Shown: positions 1 through 8,393 of the stretch, piece after piece | Layout: each line of letters opens with the position of its first letter | How positions within the stretch are numbered: position 1 is the stretch's first letter | Source: Opitutales bacterium | Lineage (GTDB): Bacteria; Verrucomicrobiota; Verrucomicrobiia; Opitutales; JABSRG01 | Direction: 5' to 3' | Assembly: GCA_049599475.1 (NCBI GenBank) | Contig: JBMYOQ010000001.1 | Span: forward strand, 32,001-96,000 | Length of the DNA stretch: 64,000 nt | Made by a program: the position numbers and the translations under genes | The notes under the pieces: model-generated | The model's database searches: none | What the model saw: the letters and a program-made list of their open reading frames with translations, nothing else | Told to the model about the DNA's origin: nothing

Positions 1-140
1 GACTTCTCGGCAGCCACCCGAGTCTTGGAAAGCATTTCCGAGGTTCCCAATATACTCCTCAGTTGAGCGATGAAACGCTTTGGAGTGGTATTAGGCCTCT
101 TTGAGAGAATCCGACTTTACCCTGCGTGATTTGTAAAAGC

Positions 141-168
141 TTGAAAGCTAAATAAAGATCTGTATTTT
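141..168 (+). promoter_or_regulatory. Candidate sigma70 promoter of the TA operon
   Basis: TTGAAA (141-146), 16-bp spacer, TATTTT (163-168); ATG 8 nt downstream. Confidence 0.4.
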
Positions 169-176
169 GGTCGATT

Positions 177-428
177 ATGAATACTGTTTTAAGTCCTTAT
201 TCGGCCAGTGTTTCCGAGTTGAAAAAGAACCCAAGCTCTATTTTAGAACAGTCAGGAGGGGAACCTGTTGCTATCCTAAACCACAATAGGCCAACCGCTT
301 ACCTCGTTTCGGCATCAATGTATGAGGAAATGTTGGAGATGCTTGAGAACGCAGAGTTGCTCGATGTTGTACAGTCCCGATTAGGTGAGAAGAAGGACGC
401 GGTAGAGATAAGTTTGGATGAGCTATAG
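177..428 (+). CDS. Type II antitoxin, Phd/YefM (StbD-like) family
   Basis: 83 aa with 'ASVSELKKNP...PVAILNHNRPTAYLV' Phd/YefM signature; overlaps the downstream toxin ORF. Confidence 0.9.
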   Translation: MNTVLSPYSASVSELKKNPSSILEQSGGEPVAILNHNRPTAYLVSASMYEEMLEMLENAELLDVVQSRLGEKKDAVEISLDEL

Positions 429-708
429 TCTAAGGTTTCTTCCGAGTGCCAAACGAGGGTGGGATAAGCTCGGGTCGACAATAAGAGAGCAATTCAAAGC
501 GAAGCTTGCTGAGCGTTTGCTTGAACCTGAAGTGTCTGCAGATCGACTGCATGGCCGGCTTAACTTTTACAAAATCAAGCTCCGCTCAGCCGGATATAGG
601 CTGGTGTATGAAGTCGAGAAGGGGGAGTTGATTGTATATGTGTTTGCGGTTGGAAAGAGAGAGCGAGGGCAGGTGTATTCCCGAGCTTTTAGAAGGATCC
701 GAGACTGA
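418..708 (+). CDS. Type II toxin, RelE/StbE family
   Basis: 96 aa basic protein with 'YKIKLRSAGYRLVYEV...VFAVGKRE' RelE pattern; coupled to the antitoxin. Confidence 0.9.
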   Translation: MSYSLRFLPSAKRGWDKLGSTIREQFKAKLAERLLEPEVSADRLHGRLNFYKIKLRSAGYRLVYEVEKGELIVYVFAVGKRERGQVYSRAFRRIRD

Positions 709-826
709 CTGGACAGAACAGAAGCCGGGTATATGAAACAGATTGTTTGACCCGAGATCGCCGGTTTGTGGTAGGAGGAGTAAGTTTTTGTTCCAGATCT
801 GAGATTCTAGCCATCTGTGTATGGCC

Positions 827-1441
827 TCAGCGATATTGTGACGCGAGGCTCGGGTCGAGGCGGACCATGCGCTCAATGTATTTGCCGACTAGATCAAACT
901 CTAGGTTTACCTGGCTGCCGGCTTGGCGGGCCGATAGGTTTGTGAGTTCCAAAGTTTTTGGAATCAGCCAGCAGGTAAACTGCGAATCTGTGAGTTCTGC
1001 GATTGTGAGGGATATCCCATCGATGGTGATGCTTCCTTTGTCGATCAGGCGGTGTGCGTTTCCCTGAGGAATTGCGACATCTAGGCGGACATTCTTTCCG
1101 TCCTGCTCAATTTGGAGGATCTGCGCTGTTTGGTCCACATGACCGCTTACGATGTGGCCTCCGAGTTTGGCCTGCATGCGTAGCGCGCGCTCAAGGTTTA
1201 CGATGTCGCCGACTTTCAAATCTACCAAATTGGTGATGCGTAGGGTTTGGTCGAGAATGTCGAAATCCACGGTCTCGTTCGAAAATTCTACGATCGTGAG
1301 GCACACACCATTTACCGCGATACTATCGCCGAGCGCAGCATCTTCTAAGGCCGCAGCGCAACGAATACGGAATCGCCAAGCTTCTTGGCGATTTTCAATG
1401 AGTTCGATCGTGCCGACTTCTTCGATGATTCCGGTAAACAT
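827..1441 (-). CDS. ribE: Riboflavin synthase (alpha chain)
   Basis: Canonical N-terminus MFTGIIEE (ATG at 1441), GDSIAVNGVCLT, GGHIVSGHVD. Confidence 0.95.
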   Translation of the reverse strand: MFTGIIEEVGTIELIENRQEAWRFRIRCAAALEDAALGDSIAVNGVCLTIVEFSNETVDFDILDQTLRITNLVDLKVGDIVNLERALRMQAKLGGHIVSGHVDQTAQILQIEQDGKNVRLDVAIPQGNAHRLIDKGSITIDGISLTIAELTDSQFTCWLIPKTLELTNLSARQAGSQVNLEFDLVGKYIERMVRLDPSLASQYR

Positions 1442-1489
1442 GAATTTACCTTTAGCACATGTACAAGCGTCGGCAATAATCGGGTGCAC

Positions 1490-1519
1490 AAAAAAGCGGC
1501 ACCCTGTATGGATGCCGCC
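1490..1519 (-). terminator. Rho-independent terminator after the 1211-aa gene
   Basis: Minus strand GCGGCATCC-loop-GGGTGCCGC followed by T6. Confidence 0.8.
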
Positions 1520-1545
1520 TGTTAGAAGGTATTCGTGGAGACCGA

Positions 1546-4500
1546 TTAATACACGATTGAGAAATCGAAGTCGTGTCGGTCGCCGCCGTCGGTGTCTACT
1601 GATTCGATGATCACGTAGATATTATCACCGGCAGTGACTTCACCGACGCTCAATTCGGCGACATTCAGAGTCGTGGTGTAATCGTAGCTCGTGATGAGCG
1701 TGTCGTTAACATATACGTGTGTTCTGATTGTCTTGGTCGAGACACCTGTGTCGATGCTTAGATCAGTAATCGTGTGGATGCCCGAAATCTGTGCTTGGAA
1801 CGCGGCTACCAACGCTTGATTTCCACGAGTGTTGGTCTTGCCTGTATTCACCCAAAATCCGCGTGATCCGGTATTCGTGGAGTAGCGTTCGTTATCGAGG
1901 CTCTCGTTGATGAGGTTCAGCGCTCGGTGCTGTGATGAGTTGCCAATGCGATCGATCCGAACTTTTTGGTAAGACCAGCCAGCATTCTCATGAGTGATGA
2001 GATTGCTCAGGAAGTTGGTCGATTTCATCGGGTCCGCTGGGAAATTGACGAATGTCACGTTGGTCAAAACAAGCGCTATGCCTTGGATGCCTGAACCGTC
2101 GTCGTCAGCAAAAGGGGTTGCACTGAAGGTGTAGGTGCTGTTTGGGATTTCACTTCCGATCAAATCGCCGTTTGCGTCTGTTCCGAACAAGGAATAGGGC
2201 GCTGTATTTTCCGCGGCGTCCTCAACATATACCCAATTGTCATCGGCCATGTAGAACACGACGCTGCCTTGAGCTGCATCAAGATTTGCGCGAATCGCGA
2301 GATTGTTCACTTGTCCGATTGCGTTGAAATCCACCACGCTGTCGTTGCTGAGATTCATAATCGGCTGTTGCGTGTCTGCGTCGAAGAGCATGAGGGAGCC
2401 CACGCTTCGAGTTGATGGGTCGATGCTCTGCTTAACGTAAGTGTCGATGACGGAACCTTCGATATTGCTGAGGTCCGCGCTGTTTCCTGAATTGAGCCAA
2501 TTCTCGGGAATCGCGCCGAAGACGCGTCGAGGAGCCTGCATGGGTAGGCGTCGGGTGTCATCCGCGGCTGTCAGAGAGCGATCAAGTAGGAGCGCGCTGG
2601 AGGCGAGGCCTTGTTTTGAATCGGGTGTATGGCACGATAGACAGAATGGATTCGTGAGGCTGTCTGGGCGCGATGCATCGTGGAAGAGGGGACTCTCGGG
2701 GAAGATGATTTGGTTGCGCAGGCTGCTCACAGCTGAAGGAATATTCCCAAGGTGGGCTGCCATGTCGTCGGAGTAATCATACCAGACGGCATAGTGATCA
2801 AAGGTGTCTTGGCCGCCTAGATTGAGGAAGAATTCGATTTCGCCTTGTCCGAGGGCTCCGTAAAGGGCCGCTTGAGTTTCGAGCTCGGGGTGGTCGCCTG
2901 TGTTAAATCCGACGAGGGTTCCGCGAGCGAAATTGGCGCATACTTCGGGAGCAAATGTGTGGGCAAACACTTTAAACTCGTCGATCCACCCATTGAACCC
3001 CGCTAATCCATCTGAAGGCACGTCGCCCACGTAAAGGGTGCCGTTATTGTCAGAATCGCTCTGGTCTCCGTCAGTCATGCGGAAAATCGGGTTTGCAGGA
3101 TCCTCATAATAGTCGAGGAGGAATCCATTGTGATAGAGGTCGACGCGCGTGCCGCCATTGAAGATTTGGACTCCGATATGCGCCCAGGCTGCCAGGGGTA
3201 AGCCGAGTTCACCTGCGAGGGCAGTCGTGTGAAGGACAGTGCCTGTAGCGTCCTTGAAAAGAAGTGTGCTGCGGCCAACTGTGTGAAGCGCGCTTCCATC
3301 CGGGAAAGTGAGTAGAGAGCGCTCAGCAGTGCTGTCGGGATGACGTGTGTCGAGGAAAATACCGACATACCAATCCGCGCCCGTGAGTGCGCTGGGGCCA
3401 TCTGTTTGATCAGGGATATTGTAGCTCAGGCCGGAATTGCCCTCGAGCCAGAGCCCCTTGCCGGAGATGCCGCCGTTGGCGATAGGTTCGATACGCACAC
3501 TGCCGTGGGTGTCGGCATGCGTTGGAATAGTCCAGCGGTCGGGGAGCGCGGTGGCGTAATTGCCTACCAGTACTGGGTTGTTGAATCCATTGCCGTCCCA
3601 TCCGTCATGATGAATCATAGTGCGACGGCTGTTGGGGTCGAACTCCAACGCGGCATGCATGTTGGAAACGATGAAACTGTCTACATTGAGGTAATCGTCG
3701 AAGGAAAATTCGGCGGTAGCTTTACCGTTACTCACCTGCCAAACTACGTCGTAAGGAAGCAGAGTCGCCATGCTGTCCTGGTAGGCCATCTTATTTTCCA
3801 AAGAATCGAAGAAGGCTGTGTTGGAGTCGATGGCTGGAGCATTTTTCCCTGCTCCGTTTTCGCGACCGGTTCCTACACGCTTGGTGCCGTCGTAATCGCC
3901 GTTGGCTTCGTAGAGAGTCACAATGGAGTGCTCGGTATCACGCGTGCCCATTCCGTAGTCGGTATTATTGAGCAAATTATCGATGACGACCATTTTGCCG
4001 TGTGTCCAAAGTCCCATGACACTGTGTCCGCGTGTTGAGCTGGCTTCTTCGTTATCGGGAGTGGCGCCGTTGATAAACGGCACGTTTGGATAACGGGCAT
4101 CGTTCCCATCATTGAGTCGAGCACTAATTGTAGTGAAAAATAAATTATCGCCCTTGTGGTCAATCCATGGGTAACTGCCTTGAAGGTCGACACCTGCGGG
4201 GAAGAGGTTGCCCAATGAATCGCGCATAGGATGCATCGCGAAACCATAGCGCTGGTTGATGCGGGCATCGCTGTTGGCGAAAGTGATTGGGATCAGGTTT
4301 GCAAACCCTTCAACGTCGCCGTCTGCAGAATATGAATACGCGATATCTACGTAGTCTGCCATTTCTAGGGCGCCCGTGTTGGGATTGGTCCATTCGAAAT
4401 CGCGCTCGTTTATTCGGCAGACCAAGAGGCGACCATCTCCAGTTACCATGGGCTCTAGGATATCTGATGGAATCAGGTCTTGGGAGTTCATTACAGGTGC

Positions 4501-5181
4501 CACCGTATCATCTACTTCGACGAGTTCGATCTGTGCGGCTGCAGTCTTGGGATTGCTTACATAAACCTTAATGGGAGTGAGCTGGAATCGAGAGTGGTCC
4601 ATGCCGTCGATTGAAAATTGAAGTGTCGCAAAGACTGTCAGGTAATAGACGTCGTGAATTTCACCGTTGAAAATCTCTGCAACAGGATTGTTGATACCGT
4701 TAAACCCGGTCGGATCACCGAACTCTTGAGTCTGGTCCATGATGGTGAGTTGGCGCACGCGAGCATTGCTACGGGTAATTCCATCATTGATACCATCGAG
4801 CAAATTTCTGAAGTGCGCATCACTGATTCTGAAAGGGTCTACGCTGCTTAGGATGTCATGGGCTCCGAATGACACTGTGGGGTCTGTGAAATGGGTTGAA
4901 AGGCCCTCTGGGTTGACTAGATAAAAGCGGAGGTCGCCGCCCTTGAGTTTGAGGTCCACCCCGATCCGTCCGTCTCCTGAAGTTCGGAATGCGGGGATGT
5001 GGGGTGCGATCATCTCAGTCTCAGAGATAGGCTCGCCGTCTGGATTGACTCCAGTTACGCGGGCATGGACGGGGCGATCAATGGCAGGGCGTTCGGGAAG
5101 GCCTGAGGCAATGTGGGACATCACCGTAGCGGTAATAAGCGCGACAACGCTACCGCGAAATATCGGGGTGGATATTCGCAT
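1546..5181 (-). CDS. Large secreted protein with LamG/ConA-like domain and a single CxxCH motif
   Basis: 1211-aa ORF; hydrophobic signal-like N-terminus; WAHIGV..LYHNG..LYVG..FNGWIDEFKVF LamG-like pattern; CLSCH. Confidence 0.75.
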   Translation of the reverse strand: MRISTPIFRGSVVALITATVMSHIASGLPERPAIDRPVHARVTGVNPDGEPISETEMIAPHIPAFRTSGDGRIGVDLKLKGGDLRFYLVNPEGLSTHFTDPTVSFGAHDILSSVDPFRISDAHFRNLLDGINDGITRSNARVRQLTIMDQTQEFGDPTGFNGINNPVAEIFNGEIHDVYYLTVFATLQFSIDGMDHSRFQLTPIKVYVSNPKTAAAQIELVEVDDTVAPVMNSQDLIPSDILEPMVTGDGRLLVCRINERDFEWTNPNTGALEMADYVDIAYSYSADGDVEGFANLIPITFANSDARINQRYGFAMHPMRDSLGNLFPAGVDLQGSYPWIDHKGDNLFFTTISARLNDGNDARYPNVPFINGATPDNEEASSTRGHSVMGLWTHGKMVVIDNLLNNTDYGMGTRDTEHSIVTLYEANGDYDGTKRVGTGRENGAGKNAPAIDSNTAFFDSLENKMAYQDSMATLLPYDVVWQVSNGKATAEFSFDDYLNVDSFIVSNMHAALEFDPNSRRTMIHHDGWDGNGFNNPVLVGNYATALPDRWTIPTHADTHGSVRIEPIANGGISGKGLWLEGNSGLSYNIPDQTDGPSALTGADWYVGIFLDTRHPDSTAERSLLTFPDGSALHTVGRSTLLFKDATGTVLHTTALAGELGLPLAAWAHIGVQIFNGGTRVDLYHNGFLLDYYEDPANPIFRMTDGDQSDSDNNGTLYVGDVPSDGLAGFNGWIDEFKVFAHTFAPEVCANFARGTLVGFNTGDHPELETQAALYGALGQGEIEFFLNLGGQDTFDHYAVWYDYSDDMAAHLGNIPSAVSSLRNQIIFPESPLFHDASRPDSLTNPFCLSCHTPDSKQGLASSALLLDRSLTAADDTRRLPMQAPRRVFGAIPENWLNSGNSADLSNIEGSVIDTYVKQSIDPSTRSVGSLMLFDADTQQPIMNLSNDSVVDFNAIGQVNNLAIRANLDAAQGSVVFYMADDNWVYVEDAAENTAPYSLFGTDANGDLIGSEIPNSTYTFSATPFADDDGSGIQGIALVLTNVTFVNFPADPMKSTNFLSNLITHENAGWSYQKVRIDRIGNSSQHRALNLINESLDNERYSTNTGSRGFWVNTGKTNTRGNQALVAAFQAQISGIHTITDLSIDTGVSTKTIRTHVYVNDTLITSYDYTTTLNVAELSVGEVTAGDNIYVIIESVDTDGGDRHDFDFSIVY

Positions 5182-5611
5182 ATAGTATTTGGGGTATGAG
5201 GGGTTTATTTCAGAAATTCAGGGTGCTGGGGTAAGCGAGAGAGGGGAGAATTCTGAGAGATATTATTGAGCGCTTTCTAAGTCGTTTCCCAAGTGTGCAA
5301 TGTTAGCAATTCTGAATTCTGCAGTTAAAATTCCTTCTTATTGATAATTAAAAAACGTATCAAAGAAGTGGATTAATGGTTTTGATTTTCAATTATCGAA
5401 ACCTTTAAAGCGTTGATCTTTAGTGCTTTAAGTGGAGTTAGTTTGTCTGTTTGGGTTTGTTTAAAATCCCCCATATTTAAAAAACTGTTAACGAATCGGG
5501 CGCTCGTATTTCACCTAATAATAGTATTTATAGAATACAAATACGGGAAGTGGGGTGTGAATAACTAGGTTGCTATGAAAATATGCTTCAGGGTCTCCAG
5601 AAAGGGTATTT

Positions 5612-6352
5612 TCAAGCTTCCAATATGAAATCTATGATCGTTTGAGCGGTCGTTTCTGGGCACTCAAGATGTGGCCGATGGCCGGCCCCTGGGATCGAAA
5701 CATTTGAGACATGCTTGGGCTGCGCGAGGTGATGATGAAATTGTCGAAACTTGTGATCGTGCTCACCGGATAGAAGCAGTGCTGGATTGTTTAGGGTGTT
5801 AAAGGGGTGATCCAGGTAGGGTAGAATCCCATTGCCCAGTCCCTGCATGCTGGCGATCCATCCGTTTGCATCTGCTTCAAGTTTTTGGGAGCGGAGCGCT
5901 GTTTGGACCTCTTGGGGAATGGGTGTGCTTGTGTTGAATACGGGTTGGCGTTCCCAGGTGTCTAGCCAATCTGAGCGCTCCATGGATTGAAGCTTTGTCA
6001 TCCATTCCTGATCTTGGAGGATGCGCGCTGCTCGGGCTTCCACTGATTGGATGCCGGGGCTCGTGCTGATTAGAATTATTTGGTCGAAGCGGTCAGGCTC
6101 ATGAGTGGCCCAGTTTAGGGCAATGCGTCCTCCCATGGAATAGCCCAATAAGATCCGAGGTCCCGGTTTCTGTTGCTCATAAATTTTTTTTAGGGTGTCG
6201 AGCGTTGAATCGAGCGTGATCTCGCGATCGCCGCCTCGACTCCCGTGTCCGGGTAGATCTGGGGCGTAGAGCGCGATACGCGATTTGAGGGCCTCCTTTA
6301 GGGGGTCGAAATCGGAGCCGCATCCGAGGAATCCATGGAGAGCAAAAATCAT
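5612..6352 (-). CDS. menH: Alpha/beta hydrolase, MenH (SHCHC synthase)-like
   Basis: LHGFLG, DLPGHG, GYSMGGR nucleophile elbow, GEHDHKF, AGH. Confidence 0.7.
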   Translation of the reverse strand: MIFALHGFLGCGSDFDPLKEALKSRIALYAPDLPGHGSRGGDREITLDSTLDTLKKIYEQQKPGPRILLGYSMGGRIALNWATHEPDRFDQIILISTSPGIQSVEARAARILQDQEWMTKLQSMERSDWLDTWERQPVFNTSTPIPQEVQTALRSQKLEADANGWIASMQGLGNGILPYLDHPFNTLNNPALLLSGEHDHKFRQFHHHLAQPKHVSNVSIPGAGHRPHLECPETTAQTIIDFILEA

Positions 6353-6387
6353 TTTTTTAGAAATCGACGATTCATTGGCGCGTAAAT

Positions 6388-6957
6388 GTGACGCTAGATA
6401 ATTACGATAAGCGTATGATTGGAAATGTTGAAGCGGTAAGTCGAAGCGAGGTTCTCTCGTTTAGCAAAACAAACTGTGAATACATCGACCTCCGGGCAGG
6501 ATTTGGTGTGAAAAATGAGGCATGCGTGTACGAGGGGCCATCCAAGATTCGAGCGACGCGGTGCTCTTCTCGAGAGACGAAGATTCAGACGGTGCGCCTA
6601 TTGAGCATCGAGATTATCGAAAAGCTACGTGAGCGCGGTTTTCGTGTCCGACCCGGTGTCATGGGAGAGCACATCACGACCGGAGGGATCGATATATCGG
6701 ACCTTCCTTTGCATACGCATCTGCATGTGGGACCCGAGGTGGTCATCAAGGTCGTGGTATCTCGACGGGACGAGAGCCCGCCAGAGGAGGGCCGTGTGGA
6801 TCCGATCAGCGGTCTCACGAGCGACGATTTTTTGTTAAGCCGATCCGGGATTGAGGGTATTGTAATTCAGGGAGGGCGTGTGCGTCCGAATGATTTGATT
6901 GAGATCGAGCTCCCGATCGCTGACTTCTCGAACGCTGAGCGCGAATACTTGGGCTGA
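6388..6957 (+). CDS. MOSC-domain (YiiM-like) protein; start may be ATG 6415
   Basis: 'PGVMGEHITTGGID', 'GIEGIVIQGGRVRPND' resemble MOSC motifs. Confidence 0.65.
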   Translation: MTLDNYDKRMIGNVEAVSRSEVLSFSKTNCEYIDLRAGFGVKNEACVYEGPSKIRATRCSSRETKIQTVRLLSIEIIEKLRERGFRVRPGVMGEHITTGGIDISDLPLHTHLHVGPEVVIKVVVSRRDESPPEEGRVDPISGLTSDDFLLSRSGIEGIVIQGGRVRPNDLIEIELPIADFSNAEREYLG

Positions 6958-7016
6958 TTGGCTGGCTTAGCTGCATTCTCATTGCACTGTTCTTCTGCGC
7001 GCCTATGACGCTATGA

Positions 7017-8393
7017 ATGCCTTCGCTCTCCAAAGATGATATACCGGGTGCCCTGCGCACCATTGGTGAAGCTGTGTCTTCGGCGGGAGGGCGCGCATAT
7101 AAGGTCGGCGGCTGTGTGCGTGATGCTATTCTCGGACGAGATTGTAAGGATTTCGATCTCGAGGTCTTTGGGCTCGATCAGGAAAAATGGGAACAGGTTT
7201 TAGTTTCCATTAATCGGGTTGAGCAGGTGGGTAAGCAATTTGGCGTATATAAGTTGTCTGGGCTGCCTATCGATGTCGCTCTGCCGCGCCGTGAACGCAA
7301 GGTGGACGCCGGGCACCGAGGGTTTAGCACCGAGCCGGATCCTTCGATGTCGCTGGAAGCGGCAGCACAGCGGCGAGATTTTACGATCAATGCGATTTAT
7401 CAGGATCTTTTAACTGAGGAGATGTTGGATCCAGTTGGCGGAGCTTTAGATCTCAAAGAGAAGCGATTGAAACACGTGTCAGCAGCGTTCAGTGAAGACT
7501 CATTGAGAGTTTTGCGAGGTATGCAGTTTATTGCTCGCTTTGATCTTACCGCAGTACCGGAAACGGTGGAGCTGTGTCGCTCTATTGATGGCGACGATCT
7601 GCCCATGGAGCGGGTGGGTGAAGAGTTTTACAAACTGATCGTCCAGGGACAGGAGATTGGCAAGGGGATGCGCTTCCTAAGCGAAGTGGGATGGCTCCGT
7701 TACTTTCCAGAGCTGAAGGCGTTACAAGGCTGTCAGCAGGATCCTAAATGGCATCCCGAGGGCGACGTATGGGTGCATACCTTACACTGTTTAGATGTGT
7801 TCGCAAAAGAGCGTATTGGAGACTCTCGAGAAGACTGGGTCGTTGGTTTGGCAGTGCTCTGTCACGATCTCGGTAAGCCGGACACCACAGTCTTCGACCA
7901 GGGGCGGTGGAAATCACCTCGTCACGAGTATGTTGGGATCTCGGTAACGGAGCGATTTCTGCGTCGCATCACTCAAGAGAAGTCTCTGATTACAAGTGTC
8001 CTACCATTGGTCGAGTGCCATATGCGGCCCTTTCAACTATTTAGTGGGGGTGCTCGTGATGCGGCCGTTAGACGCTTAGCGAATAAGGTAGGTCGTATCG
8101 ATCGGCTTCTGCGGGTGTGCCGCGCAGATAAGCAAGGAAGACCCCCGATTGTCCCCGAAGGATTTCCTGAGCTCGAAGCTTTGGCCGAGCGAGCAGACCA
8201 ATTACAGCTCGCGGATTCAGGGCCGCAGCCTCTGCTTCAAGGGCGACATTTGGTGGCTGCGGGCCTTGAGCCATCCAAGCAGTTTAAGAGGATCCTGAAC
8301 GCTGCGTTTGAAGCGCAGCTCGATGGGGCGTTTTCCGATGAAGCGGGTGCGATCGAATGGTTTAATAATCGGTCGTCAGACTCCAAGTCGTAG
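7017..8393 (+). CDS. cca: CCA tRNA nucleotidyltransferase with HD domain
   Basis: VGGCVRD..DFD, RRDFTINA, EDSLRVLR, HPEGDVWVHT, HDLGKP. Confidence 0.88.
   Translation: MPSLSKDDIPGALRTIGEAVSSAGGRAYKVGGCVRDAILGRDCKDFDLEVFGLDQEKWEQVLVSINRVEQVGKQFGVYKLSGLPIDVALPRRERKVDAGHRGFSTEPDPSMSLEAAAQRRDFTINAIYQDLLTEEMLDPVGGALDLKEKRLKHVSAAFSEDSLRVLRGMQFIARFDLTAVPETVELCRSIDGDDLPMERVGEEFYKLIVQGQEIGKGMRFLSEVGWLRYFPELKALQGCQQDPKWHPEGDVWVHTLHCLDVFAKERIGDSREDWVVGLAVLCHDLGKPDTTVFDQGRWKSPRHEYVGISVTERFLRRITQEKSLITSVLPLVECHMRPFQLFSGGARDAAVRRLANKVGRIDRLLRVCRADKQGRPPIVPEGFPELEALAERADQLQLADSGPQPLLQGRHLVAAGLEPSKQFKRILNAAFEAQLDGAFSDEAGAIEWFNNRSSDSKS

Noticed and set aside
709..826. attC site making the TA pair an integron cassette
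   Set aside because: Imperfect hairpins are present but there are no RYYYAAC/GTTRRRY boxes and no integrase
3340..4038. 232-aa antisense ORF and many similar 60-200 aa shadow ORFs
   Set aside because: They lie opposite or within well-supported genes and have no recognisable motifs
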